Part shown: one piece after another, positions 47,996 through 59,485 of the stretch
How positions within the stretch are numbered: position 1 is the stretch's first letter
Layout of the letters: every line of letters begins with the position of its first letter
Origin: Escherichia coli
Lineage (GTDB): Bacteria > Pseudomonadota > Gammaproteobacteria > Enterobacterales > Enterobacteriaceae
Direction: 5' to 3' (one strand)
Length of the DNA: 64,000 bases
Assembly: GCF_003334405.1 (NCBI RefSeq)
Contig: NZ_QOWM01000004.1
Translations under genes and position numbers: made by a program
Notes under the pieces: generated by a model
Seen by the model: only the letters and a program-made list of their open reading frames with translations
Told to the model about the DNA's origin: nothing
Databases searched by the model: none

Positions 47996-50111
47996 TCTGG
48001 CGTTGCAGACGACCAATCTCAGGCAGTAATGCAATCAATAATCCAACTTGTTGTACGACCAGAGGTTCTTTGCTGTCTGCCCGTGGTTCAAGTTGCTGCA
48101 TCCGCTGTTTCAGGCTAGCTAATGCCTCATTGACGCGTTCTTCATCAGCAGGTTGATGATGTAACGCGTCATCAACATAGCAAACTGCGTCATCAAGAAA
48201 CGCCAGAATTTCAGGATTAGTTAACTGCTCCCGGTGAGCACCGAGGGCTGAGATATAGCTGGTAAACGTATGGTTAAGGCACAGCAACCGAAACGCGGCT
48301 TCGCGAATTTGCGGGGTAACGTTCGGCTCGCTGGACATATTTGATACCACCGACGCCAGCTCAGCATCACGGTTGTGTGCATCGCGGCGGGCAATACGAT
48401 ACGCCAGACGGTTATCACGCCCCTGATGGTATTGCTCCAGTATGGCATCGAGATACCGACAGTTGGCCTCTGTGGCGCGTTCGAGCATGCGCGGCAGATT
48501 GCGAAACTGCCAGTCAGGCCAGATGTAGCTCACTGCCGCCCACGCAATGGCACAACCAATCAGCGTATCGATTACGCGAGGTAACGCTACTTCAAAACCT
48601 TCACCCAGTAAGTTAAAACACAGTAGCACCAAAAGTGTGATGAACATCGTTGCATGAGCGTATTGCACGTTACGGAAGGCAAAAAAGAGCACGCCGGTAA
48701 TAACCAGCAGCACCAGCTGCCCTTCCAGTGATGGCACAAACCACAGCACAGGAATGCCAATGGCGATACCTACCAGCGTACCAATAATCCTTAACTTCAG
48801 GCGGTGGCGCGTGGCGTTATAGTTTGGCTGGCAGACAAACAAACTTGTCAGCAAGATCCAATACCCGTGATGCATTCCGGTTATCTGAATGATGGCGTAG
48901 CCGAAGCACAACACCAGCGACATTCTTACCGCATGACGGAAGAGGGCGGATTCCGGCGTGAAGTGACGGCTAAGACGCAGCCAGATATCACTCAACCCGT
49001 GCGGGCTGTCATCAGCGAGCTCATTTTCGTCATTATTATGGGGTAGTGCCTGGGCCTGTTCTGATTCAATTGTTGCCAGTTGGGCATCAATGGCGCGTAA
49101 ATTGTTCAGCAAAAATCCCAGTGTTTTGAGTAAATCGGCGGGTGCGCCGTTATCGCGCATCCGCTCCAGCGCAGCATCAATATGCGTAAAAGCGCGCTCA
49201 AAATGCGGATCATGTTGATAAGGCTGACGCAACAAAATACAGCGTGACAGTTGCTGGCACGCCTGGCCCTGCATCGACATCAGCCGCTGAAAACGGAACA
49301 GCACGTCGCTGTGGCGAAAATGTTCACGCAATGTTTGATACTGAATATGAGAAGAGCTGGCACGCTCGTGAATATCCTGTGCGACAAAGTAATAATGCAG
49401 CGTGCGACGCGTTCCCCGTTGACCACGATCGCCACGTAAGCGGGTCAGCAGCGAGAGTTTCGTCTGATTCAATGTCGCCATCAGCAGACCGTTGGCGAGA
49501 GCCAAATCGTACAGCGGTGCCTGGCTTTGATCTTCAATATCAGGATCAAACATGCGCGACTTGAGCTCAAGATAACGCGCCAGTTGTTCATAGCAACGCG
49601 CCAGGTTGTCCTGCAGCGGGCGGACCGGGAACAGCAGATGACCAATAAGTGTCAGGACGTTGTACCAGACGGCACCGGCCAGCAGATACATCGGCTGCTG
49701 ATACCAGTGCTCATACAGTGATGTTCCCAACATAGTGTAAATGGCGATCAGCAATGCACCGAAGGCAATTGTTGCATAGCGTTGACCCAGACCGCCGAGC
49801 AAAATGAAGCCGCTGGTAGAGAGCGTTAAGCCAATCGCAAATAGCCAGGGCCAGGGAAACAGCAATTCTACTGAGGCCGAGGCGATAAAAAAGCAGAACA
49901 GCGTAATGATGAGGTTACGCAAACGTCCCGCCAGTCGGTCATCGAGATCGGTCAGCGCCGCTGCCACCATCCCCAGCGTTAGCGGAATCGTCAGTTTTAC
50001 ATCACCCAGCCACCACGGAAACGCTGTGGTTCCACAAAGCGCAATAAAAATACGCGCGTAATACAGCCAGGCGCTGTTCCAGGTATAGCGTTTGAGCAAA
50101 GGACTTAGCAT
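47958..50111 (-). CDS. yccS: Inner membrane protein YccS
   Basis: About 717-aa multi-pass membrane protein; start chosen at second ATG (50109-50111), the track ORF starts 3 codons earlier; 3' end overlaps sxy by 38 bp. Confidence 0.88.
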   Translation of the reverse strand: MLSPLLKRYTWNSAWLYYARIFIALCGTTAFPWWLGDVKLTIPLTLGMVAAALTDLDDRLAGRLRNLIITLFCFFIASASVELLFPWPWLFAIGLTLSTSGFILLGGLGQRYATIAFGALLIAIYTMLGTSLYEHWYQQPMYLLAGAVWYNVLTLIGHLLFPVRPLQDNLARCYEQLARYLELKSRMFDPDIEDQSQAPLYDLALANGLLMATLNQTKLSLLTRLRGDRGQRGTRRTLHYYFVAQDIHERASSSHIQYQTLREHFRHSDVLFRFQRLMSMQGQACQQLSRCILLRQPYQHDPHFERAFTHIDAALERMRDNGAPADLLKTLGFLLNNLRAIDAQLATIESEQAQALPHNNDENELADDSPHGLSDIWLRLSRHFTPESALFRHAVRMSLVLCFGYAIIQITGMHHGYWILLTSLFVCQPNYNATRHRLKLRIIGTLVGIAIGIPVLWFVPSLEGQLVLLVITGVLFFAFRNVQYAHATMFITLLVLLCFNLLGEGFEVALPRVIDTLIGCAIAWAAVSYIWPDWQFRNLPRMLERATEANCRYLDAILEQYHQGRDNRLAYRIARRDAHNRDAELASVVSNMSSEPNVTPQIREAAFRLLCLNHTFTSYISALGAHREQLTNPEILAFLDDAVCYVDDALHHQPADEERVNEALASLKQRMQQLEPRADSKEPLVVQQVGLLIALLPEIGRLQRQITQVPQETPVSA

Positions 50112-50129
50112 AAAGGCCATATTAGTGGA

Positions 50130-50576
50130 TTATTCAAAACGACGACGTGCATTGGCTTCACGCGCAGCTTGCGCTGTTTCTACCGATACCACGCGACGAC
50201 CAACCGGCCATAGTGCAATAGCGGCAATTTTAAAGTTCGCAATGCCGACAGGAATGCCAATGATTGAAATACATTGTGCGATGCCCGTTGCAATGTGCAT
50301 CAGGCATAACCACCAGCCAAAGAAAATCAGCCAGAAAATATTCAATACCGTACCGCCAGTATTCAGCAGCACATTTTTGCCAGCCGGGTTCAGTTCATCG
50401 ACATGAATAGCTTCATTGCCATAAGGCACCAGAGACAGTTTAGTGATCTCCCAGCAGGATCGTGTCAGCGGTAAGGTAAAAATCAGCACAATACTGACCA
50501 GAGTCGCCAACAGCCAGCCCAGAGTGGTGGCAAATCCGCCAAGCACAAAGTTCAGAATGTTCAAAACGGTACGCAT
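50130..50576 (-). CDS. yccF: Inner membrane protein YccF
   Basis: 148-aa hydrophobic ORF. Confidence 0.9.
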   Translation of the reverse strand: MRTVLNILNFVLGGFATTLGWLLATLVSIVLIFTLPLTRSCWEITKLSLVPYGNEAIHVDELNPAGKNVLLNTGGTVLNIFWLIFFGWWLCLMHIATGIAQCISIIGIPVGIANFKIAAIALWPVGRRVVSVETAQAAREANARRRFE

Positions 50577-50698
50577 AAAACCTCGCTTTACTGTGGTTTT
50601 CAGTAATGGGCGGCAATTGTAACGTTTTTTTGGGCTGGAGCACGTTTTCTCTGACGGTTACACTGATAAGAAATAATTTCGTGTGGATCTACAGAGTC

Positions 50699-52753
50699 AT
50701 GGAACTGAAAGCGACAACGCTTGGAAAACGTCTGGCACAGCACCCTTACGATCGGGCGGTGATCCTCAATGCCGGGATTAAAGTCTCCGGCGATCGCCAC
50801 GAATACCTTATTCCTTTCAATCAATTACTGGCGATTCACTGTAAGCGCGGTCTGGTATGGGGCGAGCTGGAATTTGTACTGCCGGACGAAAAAGTGGTGC
50901 GTCTGCACGGCACCGAATGGGGCGAGACGCAGCGTTTTTACCATCATCTTGATGCTCACTGGCGGCGGTGGAGTGGCGAGATGAGCGAAATTGCGTCTGG
51001 TGTTTTACGCCAGCAACTGGATTTGATTGCCACGCGCACTGGGGAAAATAAATGGCTGACGCGTGAGCAAACCTCTGGCGTGCAGCAACAAATCCGCCAG
51101 GCTTTGTCGGCGTTGCCGTTGCCGGTTAACCGACTGGAAGAATTCGATAACTGCCGTGAGGCGTGGCGTAAATGTCAGGCCTGGTTGAAAGATATTGAAA
51201 GCGCTCGGTTGCAGCATAACCAGGCGTATACCGAAGCCATGCTTACCGAGTATGCGGATTTTTTCCGCCAGGTCGAGTCTTCACCGCTGAATCCGGCGCA
51301 GGCCCGGGCAGTCGTTAATGGCGAGCATTCTCTGTTAGTGCTGGCAGGTGCAGGAAGCGGAAAAACGTCGGTGCTGGTGGCCCGTGCAGGCTGGTTGCTG
51401 GCGCGTGGTGAAGCGTCCCCTGAGCAAATTTTATTGCTGGCGTTTGGTCGCAAAGCCGCTGAAGAGATGGACGAGCGGATTCGCGAACGGCTACATACCG
51501 AAGACATTACCGCACGCACGTTTCATGCGCTGGCGCTGCATATTATTCAGCAGGGCAGCAAAAAAGTTCCGATAGTCAGCAAACTGGAAAATGATACCGC
51601 TGCCCGTCATGAACTCTTTATTGCTGAGTGGCGCAAGCAATGCAGCGAAAAGAAAGCGCAGGCGAAGGGCTGGCGGCAATGGCTGACGGAAGAAATGCAG
51701 TGGTCAGTGCCAGAAGGTAACTTCTGGGATGATGAAAAATTACAGCGTCGCCTTGCCTCTCGCCTCGATCGCTGGGTAAGTCTGATGCGGATGCACGGTG
51801 GTGCACAGGCAGAAATGATTGCCAGTGCACCCGAAGAGATTCGCGATCTGTTCAGTAAACGTATCAAGTTGATGGCCCCGTTATTAAAAGCCTGGAAAGG
51901 TGCGCTGAAGGCAGAAAACGCTGTCGATTTTTCGGGCCTTATTCATCAGGCGATTGTGATTCTGGAGAAAGGTCGCTTTATCAGCCCGTGGAAGCATATT
52001 CTGGTTGATGAATTTCAGGATATCTCGCCGCAGCGGGCAGCGTTGTTAGCGGCATTACGCAAGCAAAACAGTCAGACGACGTTGTTCGCTGTTGGTGATG
52101 ACTGGCAGGCGATTTACCGATTCAGCGGTGCGCAAATGTCGCTCACCACCGCTTTCCATGAAAACTTTGGTGAAGGCGAACGCTGTGATTTAGACACGAC
52201 TTACCGTTTTAACAGTCGTATCGGTGAGGTGGCAAACCGGTTTATTCAGCAGAACCCAGGCCAGCTGAAAAAGCCGCTAAACAGCTTAACCAATGGAGAC
52301 AAAAAAGCCGTCACGTTATTGGATGAGAGTCAACTTGACGCTTTGCTGGATAAGCTCTCTGGTTATGCCAAACCGGAAGAGCGCATTCTGATCCTGGCGC
52401 GTTACCATCACATGAGGCCTGCCAGCCTGGAAAAAGCGGCAACACGCTGGCCGAAGTTGCAAATCGACTTTATGACCATTCATGCCAGCAAAGGGCAACA
52501 GGCGGATTACGTCATCATCGTTGGCTTGCAGGAGGGAAGTGATGGTTTTCCGGCTGCGGCGCGGGAGTCGATTATGGAAGAGGCGCTACTGCCACCGGTT
52601 GAGGATTTCCCGGACGCTGAAGAACGGCGGTTAATGTACGTGGCGCTGACCCGGGCACGCCATCGGGTATGGGCACTGTTTAACAAAGAGAATCCCTCTC
52701 CCTTTGTGGAAATACTGAAAAATCTGGATGTGCCGGTGGCGAGAAAACCGTAA
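50699..52753 (+). CDS. helD: DNA helicase IV
   Basis: 684-aa product from ATG 50699 (MELKATTLGKRLAQHPYD...) with Walker A GAGSGKTS. Confidence 0.95.
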   Translation: MELKATTLGKRLAQHPYDRAVILNAGIKVSGDRHEYLIPFNQLLAIHCKRGLVWGELEFVLPDEKVVRLHGTEWGETQRFYHHLDAHWRRWSGEMSEIASGVLRQQLDLIATRTGENKWLTREQTSGVQQQIRQALSALPLPVNRLEEFDNCREAWRKCQAWLKDIESARLQHNQAYTEAMLTEYADFFRQVESSPLNPAQARAVVNGEHSLLVLAGAGSGKTSVLVARAGWLLARGEASPEQILLLAFGRKAAEEMDERIRERLHTEDITARTFHALALHIIQQGSKKVPIVSKLENDTAARHELFIAEWRKQCSEKKAQAKGWRQWLTEEMQWSVPEGNFWDDEKLQRRLASRLDRWVSLMRMHGGAQAEMIASAPEEIRDLFSKRIKLMAPLLKAWKGALKAENAVDFSGLIHQAIVILEKGRFISPWKHILVDEFQDISPQRAALLAALRKQNSQTTLFAVGDDWQAIYRFSGAQMSLTTAFHENFGEGERCDLDTTYRFNSRIGEVANRFIQQNPGQLKKPLNSLTNGDKKAVTLLDESQLDALLDKLSGYAKPEERILILARYHHMRPASLEKAATRWPKLQIDFMTIHASKGQQADYVIIVGLQEGSDGFPAAARESIMEEALLPPVEDFPDAEERRLMYVALTRARHRVWALFNKENPSPFVEILKNLDVPVARKP

Positions 52754-52756
52754 GAA

Positions 52757-52778
52757 ACAGGTGGCGTTTGCCACCTGT
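52757..52778. terminator. Hairpin between convergent helD and mgsA
   Basis: Stem acaggtggc/gccacctgt with loop gttt; weak T-tract. Confidence 0.45.
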
Positions 52779-52784
52779 GCAATA

Positions 52785-53243
52785 TTACTTCAGACGGTCC
52801 GCGAGATAACGCTGATAATCGGGGATCAGAATATCGACCGCGTCGTTGAAATGCGGCGACTGGATTATGAAGTCTGCCGTTGCCACGTTGGTGGCGACCG
52901 GAATGTTCCATACCGTCGCCAGACGCAGCAAGGCTTTCACGTCAGGATCGTGCGGCACGGCATTTAGTGGATCCCAGAAGAAAATCAATACATCAATTTT
53001 CCCTTCTGAGATCAATGCGCCAACCTGCTGGTCACCCCCCATTGGGCCACTCAACATCGCGTTGACGTTCATGCCGGTCGCGCGGGAAATTAAGTTACCG
53101 GTAGTGCCTGTTGCATACAGTACGTGTTGTTCCAGTAACGGTTGATGCCGTTCCACCCAGCTCATCAGCATTTGTTTGCAGTGATCGTGTGCCACCAGCG
53201 CAATATGTTTCCGCGCAGGTAAAGTGCGAGTCGTCAGTTCCAT
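52785..53243 (-). CDS. mgsA: Methylglyoxal synthase
   Basis: 152-aa product from ATG 53241-53243 ([23 protein letters not shown]...). Confidence 0.96.
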
Positions 53244-53338
53244 AATGTACATCCGTAGTTAACTTTCCTACAGATTACTGTAAGCACTTATCGCTGCAAG
53301 ATAAAGACCGAAAAAGCCTGCGCACAGGCACAAAAATC

Positions 53339-54001
53339 TCAGGAAGATGGTTGTTTTTCCGCCCACTGCAGGAAAGTATTTCGCGTTTGTGGGTCAGCCA
53401 GTTTAAACCAATACTTCAGCCGTTGTTCTGTGAGCACCTGAGACTGCGGTGGAATAGCATCCAGCTCGGAAACACCCGAAAGCAGCGTACTGTCATCTGC
53501 CATCATCGTGGCAAATTGCGGTAGTGAAGCGCGTTTCGCGGATTTGTTATAGCGTTCAACCTCGACCTCATAATCAATCGTTTTTGCCGTTGAGGTAATG
53601 GCGAGAATATCCAGCTTTACCGGAATCGGCGTCGCATCGCCATCCAACAATTCAAGGCGCGGCGCGGCATCAAAATGGTTAGCTTCCCGCTCATTCTCCA
53701 GGCGAGGCAGGCGAAAATTGACCTGGTTGATGAGCTGGGTATTAAAACTGACCACCAGCGGTGGGGAGATATACAGCCGTTCTTCACTATTGGAAAGATG
53801 AATCGTCTTCTCAACGCGAAACACTAACTGATGCGGTCCATTATCCAGTTCAATGCTGTCCGCACCGCGCAGCAGAGAGCTGGAAACCTTCTTGCCGTCG
53901 AGTACCAGAAGATCGACATCGGTTGAAAGCCGCAGCGTGGTGGCAAAAACGGATACCGGCAAACATAATGCAATCAAGGTGGTCACGATGCCGGTTTTCA
54001 T
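53339..54001 (-). CDS. yccT: Periplasmic protein YccT
   Basis: 220-aa ORF with signal peptide. Confidence 0.9.
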
Positions 54002-54173
54002 AGGTAGCTCCTGTCAAAAGACCGCCCGAATAATAATGTGTCAAAATTTTTCTTTAATCATACTTACTAACATATAGACATATTTCCCGCTTTTGCTCTC
54101 ATTCATTCGTATTAGCTGCATGGTTGGCATGTCGGCTTTGTCGTACACTTTGTTAAACAGTCTGGAGGAAATA

Positions 54174-54587
54174 ATGAAAGAAACCGATATTGCAGGCATT
54201 TTAACGTCCACTCACACCATTGCGCTGGTGGGGGCAAGCGACAAACCCGATCGTCCCAGCTATCGCGTGATGAAATATCTACTCGACCAGGGGTATCACG
54301 TCATTCCGGTTTCGCCAAAAGTTGCCGGCAAAACGCTGCTGGGCCAGAAGGGGTATGGCACGCTGGCAGACGTTCCGGAAAAAGTCGATATGGTCGATGT
54401 TTTCCGTAATTCAGAAGCGGCGTGGGGCGTGGCACAGGAAGCTATTGCCATTGGCGCGAAAACCCTCTGGATGCAACTGGGGGTGATTAATGAGCAAGCG
54501 GCAGTACTGGCACGGGATGCCGGGTTAAATGTGGTGATGGATCGCTGCCCGGCTATTGAGATCCCTCGCCTGGGCCTGGCCAAATAA
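54174..54587 (+). CDS. yccU: CoA-binding protein YccU
   Basis: 137-aa product from ATG 54174 ([30 protein letters not shown]...). Confidence 0.9.
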   Translation: MKETDIAGILTSTHTIALVGASDKPDRPSYRVMKYLLDQGYHVIPVSPKVAGKTLLGQKGYGTLADVPEKVDMVDVFRNSEAAWGVAQEAIAIGAKTLWMQLGVINEQAAVLARDAGLNVVMDRCPAIEIPRLGLAK

Positions 54588-54625
54588 AAAATCCCCGGAA
54601 GGCAAAAACCTTCCGGGGATTTGTT
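54586..54625. terminator. Bidirectional intrinsic terminator (yccU / hspQ)
   Basis: A6 run, 12-bp stem atccccggaagg/ccttccggggat, then T-rich. Confidence 0.85.
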
Positions 54626-54631
54626 CAGGGA

Positions 54632-55006
<375 letters not shown>

Positions 55007-56197
55007 TTACATGACGCGACAGGCAAACCCTTTCAGATATAGCCCTTCCGGATAGGTAGCGATCACCGGATGATCGGCTGCCTGACGGAACTGCTCTATA
55101 AATTGTACATCACGACCGGCATCAATTGCGGCATCCGCGATGATTTTCTGAAATAAATCGCTGGTCATCAGACCGGAACAGGAGAAAGTCAGGAGAATAC
55201 CGCCTTCATTCAGCAGCTGAATCGCCAGCATGTTGATGTCTTTATAACCACGACACGCGCCCATCAACTGGCTTTTATTCTCAACAAACTTCGGCGGGTC
55301 CATCACGATAACGTCAAATTTTTCACCGCGATCGCGATAAGTACGCAGCAATTTAAAGACATCATCACGGACAAACTCAGCCTTGCTCAGATCCAGTTTG
55401 TTCAGCTCAACGTTCTGCCGTGCAATATCCAGCGCTTCCTGGGAGGTATCAACGCTGACAACCTGGCTGCAACCGCCCATCAGTGCCGATACGGCGAAAC
55501 CACCGGTATAGGAGAAACAGTTCAGCACACGTTTATTTTCAACGTAGCGGCGGGTAGCCAGGCGGCTATCACGCTGGTCCAGGTAGTAGCCCGTTTTGTG
55601 TCCGTGCTGAATATCCACCAGCAGTTTCATTCCGTGTTCTTCAATCGGCAGCAGGGCAGGTGGCAACTCGCCGGTGACGGGGCCCTGGGTCAGCTCCATT
55701 CCTTCTTTTTTACGTACCGCGACGTCGCTGCGATCGTAAATCGAACATTCCGGGTACAGCGTTTGCAGGGCACTAATTAATGCCGCGCGCTGATATTCTG
55801 CCCCAGCACTCAGCAGTTGCAGCACCAGAAAATTACCGAAACGATCGATAGTAATACCCGGCAGGCCATCAGATTCTCCGGCGATTAAACGATAGCTGTC
55901 GAGGCCATCTTTTTGCGCCAGCCAGTCACGCCATTTTTGTGCTTGTTGCAAACGGCGGGAAAAAAAAGCAATGTCGATAGACTCAGACGGGTCAAACGTC
56001 CAGACGCGCGCCCGGATTTGCGAAGCTGGCGAATAAGCGCCGCGTGCTAACCATTTTCCCTGATGATCAACAATATCGATGGTTTCACCGAGGCTGGCTT
56101 TACCTTCCATGCGGGCAACGGCCCCGGAAAAGACCCACGGATGGCGACGAAGTAATGATTTTTCGCGCCCTTTGGCTAACACTAAACGTACACTCAT
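55007..56197 (-). CDS. rlmI: 23S rRNA m5C1962 methyltransferase RlmI
   Basis: 396-aa ORF recognised as RlmI/YccW. Confidence 0.95.
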
Positions 56198-56291
56198 AAT
56201 TTACTTTTCTGTCGATGCAAAGAAATGGGCGTCATTGTCCGGAGTTTTCCATGGATTTGCAACGCGTCCATTAAGGATAAGGAGAGCAGCA

Positions 56292-56570
56292 ATGTCGAAA
56301 GTCTGCATAATTGCCTGGGTTTACGGGCGAGTTCAGGGCGTAGGATTTCGCTACACCACACAGTACGAAGCGAAAAGACTGGGTTTAACCGGGTACGCCA
56401 AAAATCTTGACGATGGCAGCGTGGAAGTGGTTGCTTGCGGTGAAGAAGGGCAGGTGGAAAAATTAATGCAGTGGTTAAAGAGTGGCGGCCCGCGTTCTGC
56501 GCGTGTAGAACGGGTGCTCAGCGAGCCGCATCATCCCTCGGGGGAATTAACCGATTTTCGTATCCGTTAA
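56292..56570 (+). CDS. yccX: Acylphosphatase
   Basis: 92-aa product from ATG 56292 ([23 protein letters not shown]...); track ORF is a long upstream extension overlapping rlmI. Confidence 0.9.
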
Positions 56571-56896
56571 ATACATTTTACCGGTTTTGGCAGGCCAGCA
56601 ATTTTGGTGGCTTGCTTAGCCGGACCTTTCGGAAACAGTCGGTATAAATAGCGGCTGTTACCTTTTTCTTCGCCAAATTTATTCGCCATCGCTTTTACCA
56701 GCATACGAATCGCCGGAGAAGTATTGAATTCCAGATAGAAATCACGCACAAAACGCACCACTTCCCAGTGTTCCGGTGACAGCGAAATCCCTTCGTTCTC
56801 TGCAATCACCACAGCCAGCGGCTCACTCCACTGGCTGCTTTCTTTGAGATAGCCTTCGGTATCCGTTTCTATCTCTTTACCTTCGAAGATCAGCAT
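56567..56896 (-). CDS. tusE: Sulfurtransferase TusE
   Basis: 109-aa product from ATG 56894-56896 ([20 protein letters not shown]...); 4-nt convergent overlap with yccX. Confidence 0.92.
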
Positions 56897-56986
56897 AATT
56901 ATTACTACCTTAATCAGACTGGCGGCAGTGTAACAAAAAACAAAGCCCCGCATAAAGCGAGGCTATGAAAGTGTTAGCGGGTGAGA

Positions 56987-57646
56987 TTAATCGCGGCTAG
57001 CGAAGCCCAGAATGCTCAGCAGGCTGACGAAGATGTTGTACAGCGAAACATACAGGCTAACCGTGGCACGAATATAGTTCGTCTCACCGCCATGAATGAT
57101 GTTGCTGGTTTCAAACAAGATAGCGCCAGAGGAGATCAGAATGAAGACCGCGCTGATCGCCAGATGCAGAGCAGGCAGCTGCAGGAAGATATTCGCAACC
57201 ATACCAATCAGCACCACCACAATACCCGCCATCAGCATACCGCCGAGGAACGACATATCTTTGCGGGTGGTCAGCACATATGCAGAGCAGCAGAAGAACA
57301 CTAACGCCGTTCCGCCCAGTGCCATAGCGATTACGTCACCCATTCCGGCAGACAGATAGGTGTTCAGAATAGGTCCGAGGATATAACCCAGAAAACCGGT
57401 AAAGGCGAATGCGGAGATAATCCCGGTCGGCTTATTCGCCGTTTTATAGGTCAGGAACATCAAACCATACATACCCACCAGCGTCAGAATCAGACCCGGA
57501 GATGGCAGCATCAGCACCGTACTGGCAGTTGCGGTAATCGCCGAAAAGGCCAGCGTCAGGCTCAGCAGAAAATAGGTATTACGCAGCACCTTATGGGTGC
57601 TAAGCAGTGATGTACGGTCATGTGAAGAACTAACAATACGATCCAT
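56987..57646 (-). CDS. yccA: Inner membrane protein YccA (Bax inhibitor-1 family)
   Basis: 219-aa multi-pass membrane ORF. Confidence 0.93.
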   Translation of the reverse strand: MDRIVSSSHDRTSLLSTHKVLRNTYFLLSLTLAFSAITATASTVLMLPSPGLILTLVGMYGLMFLTYKTANKPTGIISAFAFTGFLGYILGPILNTYLSAGMGDVIAMALGGTALVFFCCSAYVLTTRKDMSFLGGMLMAGIVVVLIGMVANIFLQLPALHLAISAVFILISSGAILFETSNIIHGGETNYIRATVSLYVSLYNIFVSLLSILGFASRD

Positions 57647-57807
57647 TGAGTCACTCTCTATGACAGATGTAATTAATTAAGCAGCATAATGATAATGCGT
57701 AAGGGCACCCAGAAGTTTTACCCATCTTTACGCATTTGATCTGGAACAGGTTTAACAGCGGATTATCAGGTCATTAAGCAAATATAACGCCCTGAGAATT
57801 TCGACAG

Positions 57808-57843
57808 GCAAAAGAAAAAGGGGTTAGCATTTAGCTAACCCCT
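57808..57843 (-). terminator. Intrinsic terminator of serT
   Basis: Stem aggggttagc/gctaacccct with loop attt; minus strand follows with TTTTTCTTTTG. Confidence 0.8.
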
Positions 57844-57852
57844 TATCTTATT

Positions 57853-57940
57853 TGGCGGAAGCGCAGAGATTCGAACTCTGGAACCCTTTCGGGTCGCCGG
57901 TTTTCAAGACCGGTGCCTTCAACCGCTCGGCCACACTTCC
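57853..57940 (-). tRNA. serT: tRNA-Ser (anticodon UGA)
   Basis: 88-nt minus-strand sequence GGAAGTGTGGCCGAGCGG...CTTCCGCCA with long variable arm, anticodon loop CUUGAAA, encoded CCA. Confidence 0.95.
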
Positions 57941-58366
57941 GGAATGACGCGCACTATAAACATCCCGATGCGGCGTGTAAACCCCTAATTTGTTTGTTTG
58001 CCTGAAAAACAGCCAAAAGTGCATTGATAGCGTGAAATAACAGCAGATTGATCATTTCATCACCATGAATTCCTTCTCTTTTACTCGTTTAGCAACCGGC
58101 TAAACATCCCCACCGCCCGGCCAAAAGAAAAATAGGTCCATTTTTATCGCTAAAAGATAAATCCACACAGTTTGTATTGTTTTGTGCAAAAGTTTCACTA
58201 CGCTTTATTAACAATACTTTCTGGCGACGTGCGCCAGTGCAGAAGGATGAGCTTTCGTTTTCAGCATCTCACGTGAAGCGATGGTTTGCCTTGCTACAGG
58301 GACGTCGCTTGCCGACCATAAGCGCCCGGTGTCCTGCCGGTGTCGCAAGGAGGAGAGACGTGCGAT

Positions 58367-59485
58367 ATGAATAACGAGGAAACATTTTACCAGGCCATGC
58401 GGCGTCAGGGCGTTACCCGGCGCAGCTTTCTCAAATATTGTAGTCTGGCTGCCACGTCGCTGGGATTAGGCGCGGGAATGGCACCAAAGATTGCCTGGGC
58501 GCTGGAGAACAAACCGCGCATTCCGGTGGTATGGATCCACGGTCTGGAATGCACCTGCTGTACCGAATCTTTTATCCGCTCCGCTCACCCACTGGCGAAG
58601 GACGTCATCCTTTCCCTGATTTCCCTCGATTACGACGATACTTTGATGGCTGCCGCCGGAACCCAGGCGGAAGAAGTCTTTGAAGACATCATCACGCAAT
58701 ACAATGGCAAATATATCCTCGCAGTAGAAGGTAATCCGCCGCTGGGCGAGCAGGGGATGTTCTGTATCAGCAGCGGTCGACCGTTTATTGAGAAACTCAA
58801 ACGTGCCGCTGCCGGAGCCAGCGCGATTATCGCCTGGGGAACCTGCGCGTCCTGGGGCTGCGTGCAGGCCGCGCGACCCAATCCGACGCAGGCAACGCCT
58901 ATCGACAAAGTCATCACCGACAAACCCATTATCAAAGTACCTGGCTGCCCGCCGATCCCGGATGTGATGAGCGCCATCATTACTTACATGGTGACCTTTG
59001 ATCGCTTGCCAGATGTCGACAGAATGGGCCGTCCGCTGATGTTCTATGGTCAGCGAATCCACGATAAATGCTATCGCCGCGCCCACTTCGACGCCGGAGA
59101 GTTCGTCCAGAGTTGGGATGATGACGCTGCCCGCAAAGGTTACTGCCTGTACAAAATGGGCTGCAAAGGGCCTACCACCTATAACGCCTGTTCCTCCACA
59201 CGCTGGAATGATGGCGTTTCTTTCCCAATCCAGTCTGGTCACGGCTGCCTGGGCTGTGCGGAAAATGGTTTCTGGGATCGCGGTTCGTTCTACAGCCGCG
59301 TGGTCGATATTCCGCAAATGGGTACTCATTCCACCGCCGATACCGTCGGTTTAACCGCGCTTGGCGTGGTGGCAGCGGCTGTTGGTGTGCACGCAGTCGC
59401 CAGCGCCGTTGACCAGCGCAGACGTCATAACCAGCAACCTACAGAAACCGAACATCAGCCAGGCAATGAGGATAAACAGGCATGA
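58367..59485 (+). CDS. hyaA: Hydrogenase 1 small subunit (Tat signal)
   Basis: 372-aa product from ATG 58367 ([27 protein letters not shown]...); twin-arginine motif. Confidence 0.96.
   Translation: MNNEETFYQAMRRQGVTRRSFLKYCSLAATSLGLGAGMAPKIAWALENKPRIPVVWIHGLECTCCTESFIRSAHPLAKDVILSLISLDYDDTLMAAAGTQAEEVFEDIITQYNGKYILAVEGNPPLGEQGMFCISSGRPFIEKLKRAAAGASAIIAWGTCASWGCVQAARPNPTQATPIDKVITDKPIIKVPGCPPIPDVMSAIITYMVTFDRLPDVDRMGRPLMFYGQRIHDKCYRRAHFDAGEFVQSWDDDAARKGYCLYKMGCKGPTTYNACSSTRWNDGVSFPIQSGHGCLGCAENGFWDRGSFYSRVVDIPQMGTHSTADTVGLTALGVVAAAVGVHAVASAVDQRRRHNQQPTETEHQPGNEDKQA

Noticed and set aside
58466-59329. 287-aa minus-strand ORF antisense to hyaA
   Set aside because: Entirely within the hyaA coding frame; low-complexity translation. 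Shadow ORF.
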